This document shows positions 16,340-25,223 of a stretch of 29,216 nt of DNA, one piece after another; positions within the stretch are counted from its first letter, which is position 1; each line of letters begins with the position of its first letter. The notes beneath the pieces were generated by a model. That model saw nothing but the letters and a program-made list of their open reading frames with translations, was not told the DNA's origin and did not search any database. The DNA is from a virus. Its lineage: Duplodnaviria; Caudoviricetes. Position numbers and translations under genes: made by a program. The stretch covers positions 1-29,216 of IMG/VR virus record IMGVR_UViG_3300010362_000080; one strand, written 5' to 3'.

Positions 16340-17776
16340 ATGGCGATCGACAATCTAATACAAGATGCGGAATTATTTATCTCGACAAGAGAAGGGGCTT
16401 TTAATACCCCGGTGACGAGTGCGGCGAGTTACGAGCGCGCAGGATGGCAGAACGCGGCCGTGTACGTTCCAGAACCAGAATTCTCGACGGATGCGGGCCG
16501 GGCCGGCAACGCTTCGGAATTCCAAACCGGTCAATGTCTCCGCCGCTTTCTGCCGGCCAGCATCGGATGCGCCGATCGGGCGAATTTCAAACTATATGGA
16601 AAAATGGCCATGCGCGCATTCGGCGGCACTCCCGCAGCTCCGGTAAACGTCGCCGGCGTCGCCTATCGCCATTCCGCGGCGTTGCTGCCGAAGGCCGCCG
16701 GGCTCCAGCTTCCTTCGTTTAACGCGATCACGGTAAGCGGCGGCGCTTCGACCTTGTGGCCGGGCACCGTCGTTAATGACTTCTCGATGAGTCAAAACCT
16801 CGACGAAGATTTTCAGATTGCGTTTAGCCTCCTGACCTCCGGCAAACACCGCATACCGCACCTGATCGGGACACAGCAAGTTGAAACGGCGACGGCCGCA
16901 GGAACGGTCTCCGGATCGGGCAATGCGAAAGCCACGATCACGTCGAATCTGATCGGCGGCGGGACGCGCGTCGTTATTTTTGCCGTCACGGCCTCCGACA
17001 CCGCCGCGGTCTGGGCGGGAAAATGCCGCACGGCGCTGACAAATGATCCGATAATCGGCGATGTCTATATAGTCTCTGGCGCGTCAACCTCGATCGTTCT
17101 CACCGCCCGTCACACCGCGCCAAATGATGCCACGCTCAATATCGCCACAGACAATGATACAAGCACGGGGATCACTCCCTCGCCGACCTCGACCAATACG
17201 ACCGGCGGCGTCTACACGCTCCCCGATCCGCCGGCGTTTACCTGTCTCGATCCAAAGCCTTTTCTTGAATACACGGACGATGTCGGCTTGCGCGACCTGT
17301 CGGCGGATTGCCGATACCGAAGTTGGAGTTGGTCCTTCAGCAACAATCACAATCCGCAACTCGCCAGGTGCGCCGGTGATCCGAAGCAGAAGCGCGGCGA
17401 TTATTCGATCACGACTCCAGGCGTCGGCGTCGCAGCCTACGCGAATAAATCAGTCCGAGGGCCGCGGACGATCTCCGCTGAAATCGTTTATCTGGTAAAT
17501 AGCCGGGTTTCGGAATGGGAGAAAATGTGCGACTCAATCCAATTGACCAACCTCAAAATGGGCGCGCGCGGGGTGGTTTTGGACGCCGTGGCGCCGACCT
17601 ACGAAGAGTTATCAATTGTAATCCCGAAAGCCAAATTCAATGGCGTAAGGGGCGACAGCGTGGACGGATATGCGGCGTTTCGATTCTCATTCGCGGCCGA
17701 ATTCGACGCGACGACGATCGCCGCAAGGATAGATGTCGTCAACAACCTGGACGGGGCGTCACCGCCGTTCAATTAA
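16340..17776 (+). CDS. Major tail tube protein with an internal accessory domain
   Basis: GGAGG SD. Lies between the terminator-like gene and the chaperone. Tube-like strands (GTVVNDFSMS, FSNN, RTISAEI, ELSIVIPKAKF). Confidence 0.75.
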   Translation: MAIDNLIQDAELFISTREGAFNTPVTSAASYERAGWQNAAVYVPEPEFSTDAGRAGNASEFQTGQCLRRFLPASIGCADRANFKLYGKMAMRAFGGTPAAPVNVAGVAYRHSAALLPKAAGLQLPSFNAITVSGGASTLWPGTVVNDFSMSQNLDEDFQIAFSLLTSGKHRIPHLIGTQQVETATAAGTVSGSGNAKATITSNLIGGGTRVVIFAVTASDTAAVWAGKCRTALTNDPIIGDVYIVSGASTSIVLTARHTAPNDATLNIATDNDTSTGITPSPTSTNTTGGVYTLPDPPAFTCLDPKPFLEYTDDVGLRDLSADCRYRSWSWSFSNNHNPQLARCAGDPKQKRGDYSITTPGVGVAAYANKSVRGPRTISAEIVYLVNSRVSEWEKMCDSIQLTNLKMGARGVVLDAVAPTYEELSIVIPKAKFNGVRGDSVDGYAAFRFSFAAEFDATTIAARIDVVNNLDGASPPFN

Positions 17777-17782
17777 GGAACT

Positions 17783-18025
17783 ATGCCAACAATTGAAGAA
17801 GTCCCAATCGAGAATGCGCCAGTCATCGTGGTAGCCGATCACAGCGCAAAGACTGAAACCGCCGAGGAGATCGAACAGCGGCTAAGGCGCGAGGATTACG
17901 CGCGCCGCAACGCTCAAGCGATAAAAGACCGCGAAGATATTCTCAGGCGGAATGGAGTGATCGGACCGGACGAAATCCTCACGACGGACATGGAGGCGGC
18001 TTTAAGGCAGCGATGCTGTTTGTAA
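17783..18025 (+). CDS. Hypothetical protein
   Basis: AAGGA SD. Charged, helical-looking 80 aa. Confidence 0.6.
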   Translation: MPTIEEVPIENAPVIVVADHSAKTETAEEIEQRLRREDYARRNAQAIKDREDILRRNGVIGPDEILTTDMEAALRQRCCL

Positions 18026-18249
18026 AGACTCGATCTTTCGTGCGCGCCGTGCTGTCGTTTCTGCGCCACGGCGATATACCGCTGATCGAACACGACCGGC
18101 GGCAGGAAATCTGTCTGAACTGCGACCGCCTGGCGCCGACCTGGACCGGCGTTTTTTGTTCGGCCTGCGGCTGCCCGCCGTCGCCGATCTCGGATTTGCG
18201 AACAAAGTGGCGGATGCGAAAACTACGCTGTCCGCTGGGGAAATGGTAA
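18013..18249 (+). CDS. Small Cys-rich protein (DUF6171-like)
   Basis: RRQEICLNC...CSACGC...CPLGKW pattern. Confidence 0.7.
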   Translation: MLFVKTRSFVRAVLSFLRHGDIPLIEHDRRQEICLNCDRLAPTWTGVFCSACGCPPSPISDLRTKWRMRKLRCPLGKW

Positions 18250-18258
18250 GGAGGAAAA

Positions 18259-18462
18259 ATGTTTCATTTACTCGAAGGATTGTTTTTCGAGCGACTGGAG
18301 GACGGCTCTGTTCGGATTCTCAAAACAAACGGCGTCCTGGAGACCGACCCGGTGATTTTCGACATGGTCATTGACGAACGGCAATGGGATGGCGTCCTCG
18401 CTGCGCTTCAACACGGATTCAAGGTGCAGGTCGGCGCCGCGCCGCCGGAAGAAGAAGTTTGA
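18259..18462 (+). CDS. Hypothetical protein
   Basis: AAGGAGG SD. FH...GLFFERLEDGSVRI. Confidence 0.7.
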   Translation: MFHLLEGLFFERLEDGSVRILKTNGVLETDPVIFDMVIDERQWDGVLAALQHGFKVQVGAAPPEEEV

Positions 18463-18467
18463 TAACC

Positions 18468-18564
18468 ATCGGCTCGCTTACTCTCGGTTGATCACCGGGA
18501 GGACAAAACGCGAAACCTTCACGCGCCGCGGGCCGATCCACTTTGAAGGATCGCCAGAAGGAGG
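18468..18564 (+). promoter_or_regulatory. Structured intergenic RNA (multi-stem, possible pseudoknot) before the tail chaperone
   Basis: Pairings read by eye: 18468-77/18528-37, 18481-88/18494-501, 18509-12/18522-25, and loop 18516-21 with 18544-49. Confidence 0.5.
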
Positions 18565-18567
18565 CAC

Positions 18568-19317
18568 ATGTCAGAAGGCAACGGCTTTTTTCAATTTGAC
18601 GAACAGACTCACATAGTGAGCTTTCCCGCCACGACAAAGAGCGGCGGTACTCAGATCGTATCTCACCGGCTGCGCAAGCCGACACTGGAAGAATTGAACG
18701 AACGGGAGTCGCTGATCAAATACGAGACGGTAAAGATCAATTCCCGCGAAACTACGGCTCGGTCGGATCAGCCGACCGCCGACGCGCGATTATGGGAGAG
18801 AATCGTCGAGGCCGTGAAAGGCTATGACGGCGGCGAAGAGTGGCGGGAATTAGACGAAAATTCCAAGTCCCGTTTCAACCCAAGCCACAAATCGGACGCC
18901 ATCACCCTGCTCTACGCGATGAAATCCGAGATTCACGGCGACGATGATTTTGTCCCGATCGGGCCAAGCGACTGGACGGTTAAGCAGGAGATCGGACCGA
19001 ACAGGGAGCCGGATTTTGTTGTCTATCACGTTTTGCGAGAGCCGACCGAAGAAGAGCGGCAGAGATACAACCGCGGCAAATCCAGCACCGCTTACGTGGC
19101 AGGGACGAGGCGGGAAGAGACAAGAATGCGAACCTATTTGAAGGCGCCTATCGAGCTATACGACGCGTTGATTCAGGAGATCAAAGGCGGGACGGTTGGT
19201 GGAGAGGGCTTTTCTCAATCCAATCGCAAGCCGTTCCTTGCGGCGATTGATCCTTTGATGAAACGCGACGCCGTACAGACGCTGCTTAGTTCGCTTGAGG
19301 CGCAAATGTCGGACTGA
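18568..19317 (+). CDS. Tail assembly chaperone (gpG-like)
   Basis: AAGGAGG SD. Lies between the major tail and tape measure genes. Has an internal duplication (HRLRKPTLEE / HVLREPTEEE). Confidence 0.7.
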   Translation: MSEGNGFFQFDEQTHIVSFPATTKSGGTQIVSHRLRKPTLEELNERESLIKYETVKINSRETTARSDQPTADARLWERIVEAVKGYDGGEEWRELDENSKSRFNPSHKSDAITLLYAMKSEIHGDDDFVPIGPSDWTVKQEIGPNREPDFVVYHVLREPTEEERQRYNRGKSSTAYVAGTRREETRMRTYLKAPIELYDALIQEIKGGTVGGEGFSQSNRKPFLAAIDPLMKRDAVQTLLSSLEAQMSD

Positions 19318-19730
19318 CCGAAGCGCTTCAGGGATGGCTCGATTCTTACTTTGAAGCGCGGCGGAAGGGAGACGGTAAAACGTGCAAGGGCGAAGATGAA
19401 TGCGGCGAGAAGGGGCGGCCGGACGGGCAGGGAGGACTGAGAGGCAAACCCGCCGACATTGATCGAATCTGCAAATCCTGTCCATTCCTTCCCACAAAGC
19501 CCGGCAATGCGCCGTTATATCTCGCCCACCTTATTTCGGCGGCATATCGAATGGAGGCGATTCTCGGAGAGACCGCGGGGAGCGTATATCCGAACTTCTA
19601 TACGCCTCTGGAGTGGGAATGCTTTCTAACGCTGAAGTACGCGCGGGCGAAAGACAGCGATAAGGATCTGCCGCCGCAGAAGCCGAAGAATGACGCTGCG
19701 ATCCGGGCGGCTCTAGGGGTGAGGCGTTGA
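19314..19730 (+). CDS. gpT-like chaperone extension in the -1 frame (absent from the ORF track)
   Basis: -1 frame is open 19299-19730 (LTEALQGWLDSYFEARRKGDGKTCKGEDEC...CKSCPF...LGVRR). No ATG/GTG/TTG before 19551. Confidence 0.65.
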   Translation: MTEALQGWLDSYFEARRKGDGKTCKGEDECGEKGRPDGQGGLRGKPADIDRICKSCPFLPTKPGNAPLYLAHLISAAYRMEAILGETAGSVYPNFYTPLEWECFLTLKYARAKDSDKDLPPQKPKNDAAIRAALGVRR

Positions 19731-20051
19731 GGCTTTAACCAGGGCAAAGCAAATCAGGCAAAAGCCTGCCATCGCGACCATGATAAAAGCCCTCATAAAG
19801 AGGCCGACTGAATGTGCAATAAACACCGAATATCCGAGCGCCGCGACGACAAGGATCATCCATTCAGCGGCGCCGAGGAGGAAGCCGCGCGAGAGAATCT
19901 GACGGGTGTTTGTTGCCCTGCGCTGGAGTAGATAGGCAGAGATCGACCAGAAGGAGAGCAACATCAGGACGGCGACAGGCGAGGGCCTTGCTACCAGATA
20001 CGGCAGCAACCCGGCAAAGAACCCCATAACGATGGCGGTAGCGATTTTCAT
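19713..20051 (-). CDS. Multi-TM membrane protein (moron-like)
   Basis: About four hydrophobic helices. Fills the gap between chaperone and tape measure on the opposite strand. Confidence 0.65.
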   Translation of the reverse strand: MKIATAIVMGFFAGLLPYLVARPSPVAVLMLLSFWSISAYLLQRRATNTRQILSRGFLLGAAEWMILVVAALGYSVFIAHSVGLFMRAFIMVAMAGFCLICFALVKASTPHP

Positions 20052-20087
20052 AATTCGGGATTCTGTATCGATTGGAGTCGAAAATAA

Positions 20088-22934
20088 ATGGCCAGAGAGA
20101 TCGTCGTAAAATTCATCGCGGACACAAAGGACTTTAACAAGGCTATTGACGACTCTAAGCGCAAGCTGGAGAGCGCGGCCAGCGGCGGCGCGAAAGAATT
20201 TAACAATATGCGTTCAGCGATCAGCGCATCAACGATCGCCCTCACAGCCTTCGGACTGGCCGGCGTGGCGGCTCTGAGAAGCATCGGTACGGCCGCGCTC
20301 GACGCCGCAATTAAGATCGACCGCCAGGTCAGCTCGCTTAAAGCCCTAACCGGATCGGCCGAGGCCGCCACGAAGAGATTTCAGGAACTATTCAAGATCG
20401 CGCAGGCGACGCCGGGCTTAACTACAAGCCTGGCTACAACTCTCGATACGCAACTACGAGTGTTCAACGTTGCTGAGGCCACGATAAATAAATTGCTGCC
20501 GGTGGTAGGGCGACTCAATGCAATTTCTCCCCTCGGCGATCCGAAGCAGTTTGTTAATAATTTGACACAGTTGATCTCGCAAAACTTCGAGGGCCAGGAT
20601 CTGAAAGAACTGATCGGCCAGTCTCCAATTGCGGGAAAACTGCTTGCGCAAATCTTCAACGTGGACAATCCCACGAACGCCGAAGCGATCCGGGCGGCAG
20701 CGAAGAGGATGGGTATTACTACAGTCGAAAAGCTCGCCGAAGAGCTGGTCAAAGCGGCTGAGAATAATTCCGCGCTGAAAAATGCCGTCGAAACGATTGG
20801 CGGGCAGTTCGACAAATTGAAAGATCGGCTTGATGTCGCATTGGCGCCATTGGGCGCTGAGATCGCAAAGACGTTGATACCGATTTTCAACGATCTGGTG
20901 AAGATCGTCGAGACTTACGGATCAACCGTGGCGGATGTGTTCCGCGATAATCGAAACGAGATCGTCGCCACTGCGCGCGAGATTACGGCGATGGCCGTCG
21001 AGGTCGGTAAGCTGGTCGGCGAGATTATTCGGGTCGGCTCGCAGAGCGGAGTATTTAAATTGCTGGCGAGATCAGCGGGCGCTATTCAGGACATCATCAA
21101 CAACCCATTCTCCCTGGAGGCTGTCGGGCCGGCTGAACGCGCAGCCATCGCCAGATTCGACGCGCTTGATGCCGAGGCGGCTACGGTTCGCAATTCTCCC
21201 TTCTTGAGCACGCCAGAACAATCCAGGGCCGCGGCGGCGGCCGGCGGCGGCGGCAGGACAGGCGGCGCGCTTACAGGAGGGAGAACAGGCGGCGGCGGGG
21301 GCGTCGCATCATCGGCGGCGCGCGATGCCGCCAGGAAGCAGGCGCAGGAAATCGCGGAGATGCGTAAGAAGATTCTCGACGCGCAAAACCAATTCTTCGA
21401 CGATCGGATCAAAGAACTAGAAGATGTCGAGCGGGCCATTACCGGGCAAAATCTCGAAAATATCCGCCAGGGCGCGGAAGCTGAAAAATTGCGCGCCAAT
21501 AGGCCAGCGCAATTGGCGCTCAGCGCCGCGGCTCGGGATGAGCGCATTCGCGGGATAGAAGCTGAATCGGCTCAGCTCGCACGAAACACGGCGCGGAAAG
21601 CGGCCGAAGACCTCGCAAAAGTCCCGGTAATTCTATCGAACAGCGAGAGATTGATGCGGGGATTCGCAAATGCGACCGAAACCGCCGGCGACGCGTTCGA
21701 GCGCTTCGGCGCGAATGTGGCTTTCGCTTTCACGAATGTCCGCACACTATTCGACAGTTTGAAGCGCGCCGTACTCGGCTTCTTCAACGATCTGCTTGGC
21801 AGCGCGCTTCAAAACATTGTCCGAGGGACTCTGGGCGGCATATTCGGCAGTATAGGCGGATCTCTCGGCAATCTATTTCGCTCGCCGGTCTCGACTCCGG
21901 CTTCGATCTCAAGCGGCGCCGCTGGAGCGCTCAGTCCGTTCATCGGCTTCGGCCAGGGACTAAGCCCCGTGGAATCAGGCGGAACTATTGCGCTTTCGAC
22001 TCAAGCCGCTTTCAGACCCTCTTTCCTGGGCGGGATCGGGAAGTCTCTTGCGGGCGCGGCGCCGTTCCTGGGGTTATCGCTCGGCGGCGGTCTGGGCGGG
22101 CAGAGCATCGCGGGCGGTATTCTGGGGTCCGCGGGCGGTTTCCTGGCGGGCGGGGCGGTTGCGGGCGCGGCCGGACTGCTCGGGCCGGCGGCCACGGCGT
22201 TCTTTACGAATCCTTTCACGGCGATCGCCGGCGTCGGTCTGCTAGTTGGCGGAGCGCTGCTCGGAAAAGCCAAGCAGCGCAAGCAGGACGAACAAGCAAG
22301 CGGCGAATTCTTGAGCCAGGCGCTTAACGGAATCGAACAGATACTGGCGCAGGTCTCGGCCGGCGGGATTGACGGCAGTCAAGCCAGGGCCCTATTCGAA
22401 AATCAGGTCTTATTTCAGTTCGTCCAACAAATCAAAACGCTCAAGACGCAATCCGTCGTTCAGTCCCGGCTGACGAATCAGACTCAGGACCTGCGCAACG
22501 TCTTCGAATCCCGGCTTCCGGGCGCGGTCACGCAGGCGCAGGAGCGATTGGCGAGTCAACAGCGGATCGCGGCGATTGACCGGCGTCTGGTGCCGGAATT
22601 CGCGTCGGGCGGCACGACGGCCGGGGGGCTGGCGCTCCTGCACCCAGGAGAAAAAGTTCTGAATTTACAGCAACAATCAGCGATCAGGGCAATGGCTGGA
22701 CCTTCAGTCTTCGAGCGCGCCGGCGTGCCGGGGATCAAACAAAAGGCCATTTTCGATACCGGCGGGACAATGGGGAGAGGGTTTGCGGCGCCGATCGAGA
22801 TCAACTTGCAGGCGCAGGTATTGATAGGAAAGTCCGACGCCACCCGGATTGTAGTTGTCGGCGCGACCACGCCGCAGGGCCAGGCCGTGCTGGTCAACGG
22901 CGTCAAGGCGGCGCGGACCGATAGGGAACTGTGA
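20088..22934 (+). CDS. Tape measure protein
   Basis: 948 aa. IVVKFIADTKDF N-terminus, ALTGSAEAA tape-measure segment, Gly-rich hydrophobic region and FASGG...ALLHPGEKVL C-terminal motif. Confidence 0.92.
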   Translation: MAREIVVKFIADTKDFNKAIDDSKRKLESAASGGAKEFNNMRSAISASTIALTAFGLAGVAALRSIGTAALDAAIKIDRQVSSLKALTGSAEAATKRFQELFKIAQATPGLTTSLATTLDTQLRVFNVAEATINKLLPVVGRLNAISPLGDPKQFVNNLTQLISQNFEGQDLKELIGQSPIAGKLLAQIFNVDNPTNAEAIRAAAKRMGITTVEKLAEELVKAAENNSALKNAVETIGGQFDKLKDRLDVALAPLGAEIAKTLIPIFNDLVKIVETYGSTVADVFRDNRNEIVATAREITAMAVEVGKLVGEIIRVGSQSGVFKLLARSAGAIQDIINNPFSLEAVGPAERAAIARFDALDAEAATVRNSPFLSTPEQSRAAAAAGGGGRTGGALTGGRTGGGGGVASSAARDAARKQAQEIAEMRKKILDAQNQFFDDRIKELEDVERAITGQNLENIRQGAEAEKLRANRPAQLALSAAARDERIRGIEAESAQLARNTARKAAEDLAKVPVILSNSERLMRGFANATETAGDAFERFGANVAFAFTNVRTLFDSLKRAVLGFFNDLLGSALQNIVRGTLGGIFGSIGGSLGNLFRSPVSTPASISSGAAGALSPFIGFGQGLSPVESGGTIALSTQAAFRPSFLGGIGKSLAGAAPFLGLSLGGGLGGQSIAGGILGSAGGFLAGGAVAGAAGLLGPAATAFFTNPFTAIAGVGLLVGGALLGKAKQRKQDEQASGEFLSQALNGIEQILAQVSAGGIDGSQARALFENQVLFQFVQQIKTLKTQSVVQSRLTNQTQDLRNVFESRLPGAVTQAQERLASQQRIAAIDRRLVPEFASGGTTAGGLALLHPGEKVLNLQQQSAIRAMAGPSVFERAGVPGIKQKAIFDTGGTMGRGFAAPIEINLQAQVLIGKSDATRIVVVGATTPQGQAVLVNGVKAARTDREL

Positions 22935-23062
22935 TGAAAATGAAGACTTTGGTCGGTCTCGTAATCCTGGCGCTGCTCGCCGGATTGGTGATCGGCAAAT
23001 GCGTCGGCAATCGCGCTCGACCGCAGGGCGGGCCGTCCGTGACTTCGACGCCATGGCCGTAG
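22934..23062 (+). CDS. 42-aa single-TM protein (absent from the ORF track)
   Basis: TGATG overlap with the tape measure stop. MKMKTLVGLVILALLAGLVIGKCVGNRARPQGGPSVTSTPWP. Confidence 0.55.
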   Translation: MKMKTLVGLVILALLAGLVIGKCVGNRARPQGGPSVTSTPWP

Positions 23063-23078
23063 ATTAACTGGAGAATAT

Positions 23079-23741
23079 ATGCCGCGAAAAATGCCCGCGG
23101 GCCTGATGACCCTTTTAGGCCGCTCGGACAAACGAATCGAGACTCATACGACGCTTCAAGTCTCGATTGATAACGGCGACATCAAACGCGAATATTATTT
23201 CGCCTCGGCGAAACTGACGATCAACGGCGCTCCCTACAGTCCACAATTGCAGAAAGGGAGCCAGATCAAGGCGAGTCTAACGCGCGCGGCTGATAAGGCG
23301 ACGGTTGACCTACAGAACGTTGATACGCTGCTTGGGCGGGAATTCCTGACGCTTGGCCAGGCGCTCTATGGCGCGGAGGCAAAGGTGGGAAGATTCTGGC
23401 GCGATCTCAATTCCGGAGCCGAATTCCATAAGATACTTTTGACCGGGCCGCTCGTGGGAATCCAGATTGATGAGAACACCGTCCAATTGACCGCCGTGAG
23501 CGAGCCTTACGCGGATATTTCGGTTGGAGCGCGGCGCCGTGTGGCGCTCTCCTGCCAGTGGCAATTTCGCAATCCGACCACCTGCGGCTATAACGGCTCG
23601 CTTTTGACCTGTAATTTTCTACTGAACCATATAGGCGGATGCGAGGGCAGGCATGGCGGTGGGGTGGGCGCGAGTTTGAAGCGCGCGAAGTTCGGCGGAT
23701 TCGCGTTCCAAAACAGCGGATCAAGATTGAAGACTTTATAA
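23079..23741 (+). CDS. Tail tip hub protein, lambda gpL-like, with a four-Cys C-terminus
   Basis: GGAG SD. CQWQFRNPTTCGY...TC...GGC...FGGF resembles the Fe-S-binding C-terminus of gpL-like proteins. Confidence 0.75.
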   Translation: MPRKMPAGLMTLLGRSDKRIETHTTLQVSIDNGDIKREYYFASAKLTINGAPYSPQLQKGSQIKASLTRAADKATVDLQNVDTLLGREFLTLGQALYGAEAKVGRFWRDLNSGAEFHKILLTGPLVGIQIDENTVQLTAVSEPYADISVGARRRVALSCQWQFRNPTTCGYNGSLLTCNFLLNHIGGCEGRHGGGVGASLKRAKFGGFAFQNSGSRLKTL

Positions 23742-25223
23742 ATGCCATTTCCAATAGATTTCGGACCTGATCTCCCGTTTGATCCGATTGACAGTTCGTT
23801 TGGGTCGATCGGCGGTACCAGCGTGCCTGAGCCAATCGGCGGATTTGGCGGCTCGGGCAGGATAGGCGCCGGGGAAATATCCGGCGGCTCGACCTCCGCG
23901 CCGATCGCGCAGGCCGCCGAACAGATCGAAGAGTTTGTTGCGGAGGGCGGCGGGCCGCTCTTTATCGTCTATGGGGAGCATCTGATCGCGGGAAATCTGA
24001 TCGTTCACAAATTCACGGCTGGAACGCCGAATACTTCAATTGTCTTCGTGGCTTTGGGAGAAGGTCAGGGCGACGGCGGCGATGTTGGCGAGTGGGACGG
24101 CGCCCTTGCGGTCTATTATGCCGGCGCGTCCCAAAGCGTTTCTCCGAACGGTTCGACGGCGGGATATAGGTTTTACAACGGGTTTATCAGCACGGATGTT
24201 TCGACAGGGAATCAGCCGGTTGATGCTTTTCTGACCAACGGCCTCGCCTACAGTGGCACCGCATACATTGCCGTCAAACTGACGGACGCCGTCGCCAACG
24301 CTGAAGACAGACCGGACAAGCTCCGGGGGCGGTACAAGGGCCGCCGGATGCTGGATTTCGGGATCATCGGCAACGTCAACGGCTACGGCTATTCGACGAA
24401 TCCGGCGCGGATCGCGGCCGATCGAATTCTTGCTTATTACCAACACAAATTGGGCGACAAGACGCAGGCGCGCGTTAAACTCTATAACAAAGTCGATTGG
24501 GAGCCATGGCGCGGATGGGCGGACTACAACGCGGCGTCGATCAGTTGGGACAACGGGACCTCGACAGTGAGTATCCCTCGATTTGAAGGCCATATGGCCT
24601 TCACGCAAGATGCGATCCTGGCCGATGCTCTCGATCAGATATGCGCAACCGCCGGCGCGTTCTGGCAGGATGACGGTGAGCAAATAATCTTTCTCGCGCC
24701 GATAGACCGGACGCCGGTCCACCACTTCGACGAATCGAATATCGTCGCCGGGTCGGTATCAATCCAGCCCCGCGACCTGCGCGAGCGTCCGAATTATTTC
24801 ATTGCCGAATTCAGAGACATTGACGACCCGTTTCTCGGAATGACCTCGGTTGAGATCAGGCGCGAAGCTCTGATTAAACAGGTCGGCGAAATCAAGTCGG
24901 TTCGGGCCCTGCCGAATATGAACCAATCGCAGGCGAGGCGACTGCTTGAGCGCGCCGCGCGGCTCGAAGCGGACAATCCAAATATTATCTCGCTCGCCGG
25001 CGATGAGACTTCAATCCATTTGTTGCCAGGTGATTTCGTAACGATCAGTCACCCGCTCGGACCCAACGGCGGCTATCAGTATCAACTCTGTCTCGTGCTG
25101 GAGATCGTCCTCTCGAGCGCGGAGGACGCGCCAGATACTGCCCAATTCACGCTCCAGCAAATTGACGACTCAATTTATTCCGACGCCGCGCATGGACCCA
25201 GACAGGAGGCCTTGACCCCATGA
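23742..25223 (+). CDS. Tail tip attachment protein (gpJ-like)
   Basis: IVYGEHLIAGN, VALGEG, YSGTAYI, YSTNPARIAAD, FDESNIVAGS and LLPGDFVTISHP motifs. Confidence 0.85.
   Translation: MPFPIDFGPDLPFDPIDSSFGSIGGTSVPEPIGGFGGSGRIGAGEISGGSTSAPIAQAAEQIEEFVAEGGGPLFIVYGEHLIAGNLIVHKFTAGTPNTSIVFVALGEGQGDGGDVGEWDGALAVYYAGASQSVSPNGSTAGYRFYNGFISTDVSTGNQPVDAFLTNGLAYSGTAYIAVKLTDAVANAEDRPDKLRGRYKGRRMLDFGIIGNVNGYGYSTNPARIAADRILAYYQHKLGDKTQARVKLYNKVDWEPWRGWADYNAASISWDNGTSTVSIPRFEGHMAFTQDAILADALDQICATAGAFWQDDGEQIIFLAPIDRTPVHHFDESNIVAGSVSIQPRDLRERPNYFIAEFRDIDDPFLGMTSVEIRREALIKQVGEIKSVRALPNMNQSQARRLLERAARLEADNPNIISLAGDETSIHLLPGDFVTISHPLGPNGGYQYQLCLVLEIVLSSAEDAPDTAQFTLQQIDDSIYSDAAHGPRQEALTP

Noticed and set aside
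16340-17776. Contractile tail sheath
   Set aside because: No separate tube or baseplate wedge genes are seen, and the tip genes are gpL/gpJ-like.
21230-21310. GGC-rich low-complexity run as a DNA repeat element
   Set aside because: It simply encodes a Gly/Ala linker within the tape measure protein.
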